Assembly (NCBI GenBank): GCA_023145435.1
Contig: JAGLDS010000005.1
Location: forward strand, 33,715 to 97,714
DNA length: 64,000 bases
DNA from: Clostridiales bacterium
Lineage (GTDB): Bacteria > Bacillota > Clostridia > DUPQ01
Reading direction: 5' to 3'
Shown: one piece after another, positions 1 to 7,889 of the stretch
Numbering within the stretch: the stretch's first letter is position 1
Layout of the letters: the number at the start of each line of letters is the position of its first letter
Notes under the pieces: model-generated
Database searches by the model: none
What the model saw: the letters and a program-made list of their open reading frames with translations, nothing else
Told to the model about the DNA's origin: nothing
Position numbers and translations under genes: made by a program

Positions 1-569
1 TTATTAGTGCTTTTCTTGTAATATTTTCTTCTAAAGGTTCAGTGTTTTTTACTCAAGATCGTATAACAAAAGATAATAAGGTTTTTAAAATTATTAAATT
101 TCGTACAATGGTTGAGAATGCAGAAAAACACACAGGAGCGGTTTTAACAAAAGCAAATGATCATCGCGTTACAAAAGTAGGTGCTTTTATGAGAAAAGCC
201 AGATTAGATGAGTTACCTCAGTTTTTTAATGTTCTAAAGGGAGATATGAGTTTAATAGGTCCTAGACCTGAACGACCTGTTTTTGTAAAAGAATTTGAAA
301 ATAGTATCCCACTATATGAAAAACGACATAATGTTAAAACTGGTATTACAGGATTAGCACAAATAATGGGTAAATATTCAACAGCGGCAATAGATAAACT
401 TCGATTTGATTTAATTTATATTAGAAATTATACCATTCTATTGGATATTAAAATCTTCTTTTTAACCATGAAAACCGCTATAATTGATTTAGGCTCCTTA
501 CAAGAAGAACAACATATTGATTTTAAAAATGAGATTGAATCTAGCAAAATAACAATAGTTAGGGAATAA
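1..569 (+). CDS. Bacterial sugar transferase (polyprenyl-phosphate hexose-1-phosphate transferase type), C-terminal catalytic domain. The 5' end lies outside the window.
   Basis: The frame is open from base 3 (ISAFLVIFSSKGSVFFTQDRITKDNKVFKIIKFRTM), so the GTG at 42 in the ORF track is internal. KFRTM, DELPQFFNVLKGDMSLIGPRPE and GITGLAQI are hallmark motifs of the WbaP/EpsL-type sugar transferase family. Confidence 0.85.
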   Translation, partial: ISAFLVIFSSKGSVFFTQDRITKDNKVFKIIKFRTMVENAEKHTGAVLTKANDHRVTKVGAFMRKARLDELPQFFNVLKGDMSLIGPRPERPVFVKEFENSIPLYEKRHNVKTGITGLAQIMGKYSTAAIDKLRFDLIYIRNYTILLDIKIFFLTMKTAIIDLGSLQEEQHIDFKNEIESSKITIVRE

Positions 570-570
570 T

Positions 571-1104
571 ATGTGGACACAAATAACTAATGATGACTGG
601 TTTGCACTATTTGTAAAAACAAATAATGAACAGTTGATTATTGAACATTTAAAAAAAGCATTTGGTGATAAATATAAATTTTATGCGCCAAAAAGAGTGA
701 TGAGAGAAAGACATAGCAAAAAATGGATGATGGTTATTAGACCGCTTTTTTCAGGTTATATTCTTTTTCAAGGAAAATTCGAGAAAACTGACTATTATCA
801 AATGAAAAATATTCCTGGGGTTTATTATTTAATTAAAAATGAAAAAGGGCCAATTCCCATGCAAAAAGAGGAAATTGAATTAATTAATCACCTGCTTCGT
901 TTTAGTAATGATGATGCCATTGGTAGTTCAGATATTTATATGGAAGGACAGGCTATTTTTGTTCTAAATGGTCCTCTTGAAGCAATGGAAGGTATTATTG
1001 TATCAGTCAATAAAAGAAAAGGTAGAGCAAAAGTTAGACTATCTGTTGGGGGAGAAGAAAAACTTGTGGAATTAGCTGTAAAAATGCTAAATAAAAAACC
1101 ATGA
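571..1104 (+). CDS. NusG-family paralog (NGN + KOW), a candidate operon-specific transcription antiterminator (LoaP/UpxY-like)
   Basis: NGN-like N-terminus (WFALFVKTNNEQ..., RPLFSGYILFQG). KOW-like C-terminus (GQAIFVLNGPLEAMEGIIVSVNKRKGRAKVRLSVGGEEKLVEL). The start lies 1 nt after the sugar transferase stop, and the stop overlaps the next start (ATGA). Confidence 0.7.
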   Translation: MWTQITNDDWFALFVKTNNEQLIIEHLKKAFGDKYKFYAPKRVMRERHSKKWMMVIRPLFSGYILFQGKFEKTDYYQMKNIPGVYYLIKNEKGPIPMQKEEIELINHLLRFSNDDAIGSSDIYMEGQAIFVLNGPLEAMEGIIVSVNKRKGRAKVRLSVGGEEKLVELAVKMLNKKP

Positions 1105-1514
1105 AGAAATATAGTAAAGTTTTTTACTCAATAGCTCTTATTATATGGATGAGTATTATATTTTATAACTCAAGTTTAAGCGCTAGCGATTCAATGACTA
1201 ATACATTTTTTATAACAGATTGGTTAAGTAGTATATTTAAACAAGCTATATTTATAAAAAGCGAATGGTTTGTTACTTTAATAAGAAAAACCGCACATTT
1301 TGTAGAATATTTTATATTAGGATTTTTAGCGGTCAAAAGTCATGGCTCATTTTATAAGAAATATAGTATTCTAGTATCATTACTGTTTTGTATAAGTTAT
1401 GCATTTACAGATGAAATTCATCAACTATTTGTTTCTGGTAGAGCATTTATGTTATTAGATGTATTTATTGATTCCATAGGAGCTCTAAGTGCTATATTAC
1501 TCTTTAGAAAATGA
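1101..1514 (+). CDS. VanZ-family membrane protein
   Basis: Small 4-TM protein with KTAHFVEYFILGFL and TDEIHQLFVSGR motifs typical of VanZ-like proteins. Confidence 0.75.
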   Translation: MKKYSKVFYSIALIIWMSIIFYNSSLSASDSMTNTFFITDWLSSIFKQAIFIKSEWFVTLIRKTAHFVEYFILGFLAVKSHGSFYKKYSILVSLLFCISYAFTDEIHQLFVSGRAFMLLDVFIDSIGALSAILLFRK

Positions 1515-1577
1515 TTATCTATTGCTTTTATTAATAGATTCTATTACTATATATATAGCAAAAACAGGAGGCAATTT

Positions 1578-2675
1578 ATGAGTATTACTGTGTCCACACC
1601 TAGCCGATTGTGTCTTTTTGGAGAGCACCTTGATTATTTATCATTAGAAGTGGTAACAATGGCAATTGACTTGCGATTTTATGCTACTATTGATAAAAGA
1701 GATGATGGACAGGTAGTAATTCATATAAAAGATTCTTCCATTGCTACATTAAACCAAAAAAATAATAAAAAAAAATATGAAATTAAACAATTTGCAGTTA
1801 ATAAGGAAATTGTTTATGAAAGTAACCGTGATTATTTTAAAAGTGCAATAAATGTTATTAAAAAGAAAGGATATGATATATCCAAAGGATTTAATGTTAC
1901 CATGGATTCTATGATTCCAATTGGTAAAGGTATGTGTTCATCTAGTACCATGATTATTGTGTTTATAAAAGCGGTATTAGAAGCAATTGACGCTGATATT
2001 AAAAATGATAAGCAAGCTCTAGTTGAATTAGCATATAATGCAGAAGTTGCAGAATTTAATGAACCAGGTGGAAAAATGGATCATATTGCCAGTATTTATG
2101 GTGGTATTTGCCATGTTGATTTTAAAGTGTTTGATAAACCTTTAGTTACAAAATTAACAACTATTCCAAAAGGTATATTTATTTTAGTTGATTCAAAACA
2201 ACAAAAAGATACAATAAAAGTTTTACAAAATGCAAAGGATCCGGTTATAAGAGCATTGCTGAATATACCTTCTATCAGAGATATGGTGAGTAATAATACT
2301 TTTGATGATTACTTATCGAAAATACCAACAAAGGAAAGTAATGCACTTAAAGCTGCAATAGATAATTATAAAATTCTTTTAGATTTTATGAGTAATCAAT
2401 CTACTAATACCCATGAGTCTTTAGGGAAAGGGTTAAAAAAACACCATAAGAATTTACGAGATGGATTAGGATTATCAACGAAAGCAATTGAGGAAATATT
2501 AAATATTGCTTATAATTTTGGAGCAACTGGTGGAAAAATAAATGGCTCAGGTGGCGGTGGTTGTTGCTATATCTTTACAAGCAAGGAAAAAGTAAACGCT
2601 ATTATAAAAGAAATAGAAAAAGCTGGATATCCAACAAGGATAGTTAGTATAGCAGAAGGAGTAAGAGTAGAGTAA
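1578..2675 (+). CDS. GHMP-family sugar kinase (galactokinase-like anomeric sugar-1-kinase)
   Basis: PSRLCLFGEHLDYL (galactokinase signature-like), PIGKGMCSSSTMI (GHMP ATP motif), GGKINGSGGGGCCY (GHMP motif III). AGGAGG RBS 7 nt upstream. Confidence 0.8.
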   Translation: MSITVSTPSRLCLFGEHLDYLSLEVVTMAIDLRFYATIDKRDDGQVVIHIKDSSIATLNQKNNKKKYEIKQFAVNKEIVYESNRDYFKSAINVIKKKGYDISKGFNVTMDSMIPIGKGMCSSSTMIIVFIKAVLEAIDADIKNDKQALVELAYNAEVAEFNEPGGKMDHIASIYGGICHVDFKVFDKPLVTKLTTIPKGIFILVDSKQQKDTIKVLQNAKDPVIRALLNIPSIRDMVSNNTFDDYLSKIPTKESNALKAAIDNYKILLDFMSNQSTNTHESLGKGLKKHHKNLRDGLGLSTKAIEEILNIAYNFGATGGKINGSGGGGCCYIFTSKEKVNAIIKEIEKAGYPTRIVSIAEGVRVE

Positions 2676-2676
2676 T

Positions 2677-3414
2677 ATGAAAACAATTATTTTAGCTGGT
2701 GGTAAAGGCAAACGATTAATGAGTGAAAATCATGAAATGCCAAAAGCAATGCGAGAAGTTAATAATAGACCAATGATTGATTATGTTATTGAAAACACTT
2801 CATTTAGTGATGAAATTATTTTAGTTGTTGGCTATAAAAAGGAAGCAATTATTGAACATACACAAAAAAAATATACTTATGTTTATCAAAAGGAGCAGTT
2901 AGGAACTGGACATGCCACACTTTGTGCTTATCCTGCACTTAATGACTATAAAGGACCTGTTCTTTTAACGTTTGGAGATATGCCTTTATTTACAAAAGCA
3001 ACTTATCAAAAAATGTTTGAAACACATGGGAAAGAAAAAGCTGACTGTACTATTTTAACAGCAACTGTTGATGGCGATAATCCTTTACCAAAGTATGGTA
3101 GAATCATTCGTGATAGCCAAGGTGATGTTATTAAGGTGGTAGAGGATAAAGATTGTAACAATGAAGAAGAATTAATAAGAGAGCTTAATGTAGGGGTTAT
3201 GGTGTGTGATAGTGAAAAATTATTTACATGCTTAAAACAAGTAGGTAATAGTAATAAACAAAATGAATATTATTTAACTGAAGTTCCAGAAATAATGAAG
3301 AAAAATAATTTTAAAGTTATAACCTATCAATTGTTTAAGTCTGATGAAATTTATGGGGCTAATACAATAGAAGAATTACTGCTTGTTGAAAAAGTGCTAA
3401 AGGAGAGAGAATGA
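2677..3414 (+). CDS. Sugar-1-phosphate nucleotidyltransferase (GlmU N-terminal-domain-like)
   Basis: ILAGGKGKRL nucleotide-binding loop, GTGHA, EYYLTEV. About 245 aa with no acetyltransferase hexapeptide domain. Confidence 0.8.
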   Translation: MKTIILAGGKGKRLMSENHEMPKAMREVNNRPMIDYVIENTSFSDEIILVVGYKKEAIIEHTQKKYTYVYQKEQLGTGHATLCAYPALNDYKGPVLLTFGDMPLFTKATYQKMFETHGKEKADCTILTATVDGDNPLPKYGRIIRDSQGDVIKVVEDKDCNNEEELIRELNVGVMVCDSEKLFTCLKQVGNSNKQNEYYLTEVPEIMKKNNFKVITYQLFKSDEIYGANTIEELLLVEKVLKERE

Positions 3415-4817
3415 TTAAATTTGGAACTGGTGGTTGGAGAGTTATTATTGGAGATGAATTTACAAAGCAAAATATTCAGCTTTTAGGACAAGGACTTAGT
3501 GATTTAATAACAAAAAACAACCAGCAAAACAAACCTATTGTAATTGGTTATGATAGACGATTTTTATCTGATATTGGTGCTAAATGGATTAGCGAGGTAT
3601 TGGCAGGAAATGACCTTTCTGTTATGTTTATTAATAAAAATGCTCCAACACCTATGATAATGTTTGAAGTAAAACGAGTAAAAGCTTGTTATGGTATTGC
3701 CATTACAGCTAGTCACAATCCAGCTTTGTACAATGGGATAAAGTTATTTACCTCTGGTGGACGAGATGCTTCAATGGAAACAACTGATTTATTAGAGCAA
3801 GCTATTAATAAAGTCAAGGATATTAAGATTATTGATTATGATGAGGGTATAAAAAAAGGTTTAATAAAGGTAATTGACCCATTTAATGATTATATAGATA
3901 AAATATTAAAGTTAGTTGATAACGAAGCTATTAAAAAAGCTGGATTAAAAATATTACTTGATCCAATGTATGGCGTATCAAAGACTTGTCTTCAAACCAT
4001 CTTACTTACTCTACGATGTGACTTAGAAGTTATTAATGATAGACACGACACTCTTTTTGGAGGAAAGTTACCCTCACCTAGTGCTTTAACATTAGGAAGG
4101 TTAACTCAACTTGTAAAAGAGGAAAATTATGACTTAGGGATTGGAACAGATGGAGATGCAGATAGACTAGGAGTTATTGATGATTTAGGTAACTTTATTC
4201 ACCCAAATGAAATCTTAGTACTTTTATATTATTATCTAGTAGTTTATAAAGGATGGAAAGGCGATGTTGTAAGAAACCTTGCTACTACTAATTTATTAGA
4301 TGATTTAGCAAAAGATTTTGGTATGGTGTGTCATGAAGTTCCTGTTGGATTTAAACATGTAAGTTCTAAAATGGAAGAAACAGATGCAGTAATTGGGGGA
4401 GAGTCAAGTGGTGGATTAACTATTAGAGGACATATAAAAGGAAAAGATGGAATTTTTGCAGCCAGCTTATTAGTTGAAATGATTAGCGTAACAAAAATGA
4501 AAATATCTGAGTTGTTACAATTAATTTATGATAAATATGGTTATCGTATCATGGTGGAAAATGCATTTTCATTTAAAAAGGACAAAAAAGTTGAGTTAGT
4601 TAATTTACTGTATAATAAAAAAGAGCTACCATCGTTCCCATTTAAAGTAAAAAATACCAATTATATGGACGGTGTAAAAGTGAATTTTGAAAATAATGGA
4701 TGGATTATTGCCCGTTTTTCTGGTACAGAACCTCTATTAAGAGTTTTTGCTGAAATGCCTAATAAGGAACAGGCTGATGAAGTATGTCAAGTTATGAAAG
4801 ATTTTTTGGAGATATAA
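3411..4817 (+). CDS. Phosphohexomutase (phosphoglucomutase/phosphomannomutase family)
   Basis: Active-site TASHNPALYNGIK, metal loop GTDGDADRLG, sugar loop GGESSGG. The start overlaps the upstream stop (ATGA). Confidence 0.9.
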   Translation: MIKFGTGGWRVIIGDEFTKQNIQLLGQGLSDLITKNNQQNKPIVIGYDRRFLSDIGAKWISEVLAGNDLSVMFINKNAPTPMIMFEVKRVKACYGIAITASHNPALYNGIKLFTSGGRDASMETTDLLEQAINKVKDIKIIDYDEGIKKGLIKVIDPFNDYIDKILKLVDNEAIKKAGLKILLDPMYGVSKTCLQTILLTLRCDLEVINDRHDTLFGGKLPSPSALTLGRLTQLVKEENYDLGIGTDGDADRLGVIDDLGNFIHPNEILVLLYYYLVVYKGWKGDVVRNLATTNLLDDLAKDFGMVCHEVPVGFKHVSSKMEETDAVIGGESSGGLTIRGHIKGKDGIFAASLLVEMISVTKMKISELLQLIYDKYGYRIMVENAFSFKKDKKVELVNLLYNKKELPSFPFKVKNTNYMDGVKVNFENNGWIIARFSGTEPLLRVFAEMPNKEQADEVCQVMKDFLEI

Positions 4818-4818
4818 T

Positions 4819-5730
4819 ATGAAAGTTGCAGTTATTGGTGGATTAGGGTTTATAGGTTCTCATATTGTTGATATATTAATTAGCAATAATCATGAAGTGG
4901 CTATTTATGATGATTGTTCAACTGGAACAATGGATAATCTAAATAAAAAAGCAAGTCTTTTTATAGGAGATATCTTACAATATTCTGATTTAAATAGTTT
5001 TTTTGAGAGAACTAAACCTGATGTTGTGTGCCATCATGCTGCACAGATTGATGTGCAAACTTCATTAAAAGAACCAAGAAAAGATGCAAGCATAAATATA
5101 ATGGGAACCATAAATGTATTAGAAATGTGTGTTAGACATAAAGTTAAGAGAATAGTTTATGCATCAAGTGCTGCAATTTATGGTAATCCAAAGTATTTAG
5201 GGGTTGATGAAAAACATGAAAAGAATCCTGAATCTTTTTATGGGTTATCAAAAGAAATTCCTGAAAGATATATAAAAATGTACGCAAAATCACATAATAT
5301 TTCATATGGTATACTACGATATGCCAATGTATATGGACCACGGCAAAAAGCAAAAGGTGAAGGTGGAGTGGTTTCCATATTTACAAATAAAATGAAAAAT
5401 AATGAAGAATGTTACATTTATGGTAATGGTGAACAAACAAGAGATTTTGTGTTTGTGAAAGATATAGCTTTGGCTAATTTATTAGCTATTGAAAAAAACG
5501 ATAATTTTACTGTGAATATTTCTACAGCTTTAGAAGTGTCTGTCAATGAACTTTTTAACATAATGAAAAAAGTTTATAATTATAAAAAAGAAGTTAACTA
5601 TTTGCCTGCAAGAGAAGGTGATATTTTAAAAAGTTATTTAACAAATGATTTAGCAAAAATAAAACTTAACTTTACTTATTATTATTCCCTTATAAAAGGA
5701 ATCAAAGAAATGGCTAAATTGGATGCATAA
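4819..5730 (+). CDS. NAD-dependent sugar epimerase/dehydratase (GalE-like SDR)
   Basis: N-terminal GGLGFIGSHIV Rossmann motif. YGLSK (YxxxK) catalytic motif. Confidence 0.85.
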   Translation: MKVAVIGGLGFIGSHIVDILISNNHEVAIYDDCSTGTMDNLNKKASLFIGDILQYSDLNSFFERTKPDVVCHHAAQIDVQTSLKEPRKDASINIMGTINVLEMCVRHKVKRIVYASSAAIYGNPKYLGVDEKHEKNPESFYGLSKEIPERYIKMYAKSHNISYGILRYANVYGPRQKAKGEGGVVSIFTNKMKNNEECYIYGNGEQTRDFVFVKDIALANLLAIEKNDNFTVNISTALEVSVNELFNIMKKVYNYKKEVNYLPAREGDILKSYLTNDLAKIKLNFTYYYSLIKGIKEMAKLDA

Positions 5731-6106
5731 ACTAATATTCACTAAACACTTACCTTACTACATAATCATCGGTACAATTGCTACTACTGTAGATACCGCT
5801 ATTTTTTACTATTTAAGTAAGTGGCTAGCGTTCCCATTAATTTTAGCAAATGGATTTAGTTTATTTATTGGAGTTCTCCTTAGTTTTTACTTAAATTCTC
5901 ATTTTAATTTTCATAAAAAGGATAAATTTACTAAACGATTATCGTTTTTTTCTGTTGTATTGTTTGTGGGAATGATTATTGGTACTTCGTTGATAAGTTT
6001 GTTTATTAATGTGTTTTCCATGAATATAGTGTTAGCTAAAATTTTGTCAGTAATGATAGCTGGTGTTTTTCAATATATCTTTAACTGTAAAATAACTTTT
6101 TCTTAA
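5723..6106 (+). CDS. GtrA-family membrane protein
   Basis: 127 aa with 4 predicted TM helices and a YLNSHFNF-type motif. Last gene of the sugar operon, and its start overlaps the epimerase 3' end. Confidence 0.75.
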   Translation: MHKLIFTKHLPYYIIIGTIATTVDTAIFYYLSKWLAFPLILANGFSLFIGVLLSFYLNSHFNFHKKDKFTKRLSFFSVVLFVGMIIGTSLISLFINVFSMNIVLAKILSVMIAGVFQYIFNCKITFS

Positions 6107-6928
6107 TTAATGGGCGAGAACGACTATGAAACTATCATATTCACCCGTTTCCTTATTTATATTACCGGTTTTACTAATAATAGTTGTAATAGGGTAACTA
6201 CCATCTAATTTGAAAATCGATTCAGGGAGAATAGTACTATTATAAATAACAATATCATAAATGGTTTGTACAATTGTTGTTCCATTATCTAAGGTGAAAA
6301 TAATCTGATCATTAATAGCCACATTATCAAGTTGATTGAATACAGCTGCAAAACTATTATAATATTTATTACCAACTAAAATACAATTTCCTTTTTCAGA
6401 AGGGAGATGACTACCTTCATACCAAGAAACAACACTTTTATCAGGATAAGTTTCAATTAAATTATACTGATTTAATGATACACTCTCAACAAGAGCAAAA
6501 AGAGATAGAGAATCAATTTTAATTCTAACAACTTTACTTGCTTTTTCGTTAGATAGGGGAACTAAAGGTAGTGAATTGTTTTCATATGGAGTTACTTCAT
6601 CAATTTCCTTGTCTATGTAAACCAAAAATCCTTCTTCTGTTTCGCTAGGAGAAGGGGATGGTGAAGTCGTGGAACTTGACTCATTAACTTTTGGTAAAGT
6701 AATTAGATTCGTAAAAAAGAATACATAAATAAATGCAAAAAGTAATATAATTAATAGTGAATAAAAAGAAATGAGAATAGTTTTTTCACTTAATAGCCTA
6801 CTCTTTTTTTTCATTTTTCTAAATGATACATCAATAATAGGGCAGGTTAATTGATCTTCACATACGCCGTTTACTAATTTTTTTTGATAAGGACATCGTT
6901 CATTTGTAATTGGACAAATTGTTTGCAT
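6107..6928 (-). CDS. Membrane-anchored protein with a sortase-like extracytoplasmic domain that appears to lack the catalytic His/Cys/Arg. The N-terminus is Cys-rich and cytoplasmic.
   Basis: Architecture: CP-x6-CP-x9-C-x5-CP segment, basic stretch, one TM helix, SSSTTSPSPSPSETEE linker, then a ~190 aa domain. By eye that domain aligns to SrtA blocks: GNCILVGN versus NISIAGH, INDQIIF versus KKGSMVYF, ITTIISK versus LTLITCD, FIVVLA versus KIFVA. SD GGGAGA lies 8 nt upstream. Confidence 0.4.
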   Translation of the reverse strand: MQTICPITNERCPYQKKLVNGVCEDQLTCPIIDVSFRKMKKKSRLLSEKTILISFYSLLIILLFAFIYVFFFTNLITLPKVNESSSTTSPSPSPSETEEGFLVYIDKEIDEVTPYENNSLPLVPLSNEKASKVVRIKIDSLSLFALVESVSLNQYNLIETYPDKSVVSWYEGSHLPSEKGNCILVGNKYYNSFAAVFNQLDNVAINDQIIFTLDNGTTIVQTIYDIVIYNSTILPESIFKLDGSYPITTIISKTGNINKETGEYDSFIVVLAH

Positions 6929-6992
6929 TTTTTATCTCCCGTATATCTATATTAATTATACCATTTGCTATTATCAAAAATCAAAATAAATA

Positions 6993-7001
6993 TGGTATAA
7001 T
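6993..7001 (+). promoter_or_regulatory. Extended -10 promoter (TGgTATAAT) for divIB; predicted leaderless transcript
   Basis: TGGTATAAT occupies 6993-7001. Exactly 6 nt (cttttt) separate the -10 from the ATG at 7008, and there is no Shine-Dalgarno. Confidence 0.5.
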
Positions 7002-7007
7002 CTTTTT

Positions 7008-7769
7008 ATGAAATTCAAAAAGCTTAGGGTTACGTTATTAATTATACTATTTATTTCTGTGGGAGTTGCAATATTACTATCTCCTTTGTTTTCAATTAAA
7101 CAAATTAGTATTAGGGAAACTATAGATATATCTCATAATGCTATTTTTGAAAAAATTGATTTAACAATAGGGGATAATATTTTTATATCGCTAATAACTC
7201 ATGGGAATTTGTTAACAAAACGATTTGTTTCGGTTGAAAATACCTTAAAAAAAGAGTATGAAATAATGAAAAATATTAGTGTAAAAGCCATATTTCCCAA
7301 TAAATTGATTATTGATTATGATATAGCACAAGAAGGAATTGAGATTGTTGACAAAGATAGAATAATAATAACTGATGAAGATGGTTTTGTTCTTGGAGTT
7401 GATACAAATCATAAACAAGGGAGAATCAAAGTAACCGGACTTCAAATAAATAGTTATTCATTATTTGAGTTTGTAGATACCGATCAAGAAAAATTAAAAT
7501 ATATTGCTATAATATATAAAGGGTTAACTAGATATGACCAAGAATTTTTCACAGCTTTTAGAGAATATATTAATTGGATAGATGTGAGCAACGATAAAAA
7601 TATTGCAATTATGTATGATGAAAGGGTATTAGTGAAAATTCCCTATGGAGATAATGTATCATTGAAAATAGCTACTATGTGTGTAATCTTATCAAAACAA
7701 ATTAGGCCAGAAGAAAAGGGCGTATTGGACATGACAGTTAAGGATAGGAGCATCTTTACACCTGATTAG
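7008..7769 (+). CDS. divIB: Cell division protein DivIB/FtsQ-like (N-terminal TM + POTRA)
   Basis: Short basic N-terminus, a single TM helix, then FSIKQISIRETIDISHNAIFEKIDLTIGDNIF (POTRA-like). It sits immediately upstream of ftsZ. Confidence 0.7.
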   Translation: MKFKKLRVTLLIILFISVGVAILLSPLFSIKQISIRETIDISHNAIFEKIDLTIGDNIFISLITHGNLLTKRFVSVENTLKKEYEIMKNISVKAIFPNKLIIDYDIAQEGIEIVDKDRIIITDEDGFVLGVDTNHKQGRIKVTGLQINSYSLFEFVDTDQEKLKYIAIIYKGLTRYDQEFFTAFREYINWIDVSNDKNIAIMYDERVLVKIPYGDNVSLKIATMCVILSKQIRPEEKGVLDMTVKDRSIFTPD

Positions 7770-7821
7770 ACTATATATAGTGGAATATAAGGAGTTAATA
7801 ACAAGATATTGATAATAACTA

Positions 7822-7850
7822 TGTACATTTTTTAAATATTTTTATATAAT
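7822..7850 (+). promoter_or_regulatory. Sigma-A-type promoter upstream of ftsZ
   Basis: TGTACA (7822-7827), 17 nt spacer, TATAAT (7845-7850), about 40 nt before the ftsZ ATG. Confidence 0.5.
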
Positions 7851-7889
7851 TATCATGTAATTTCTATATGTTTAGAAAGGGGAAATAAT

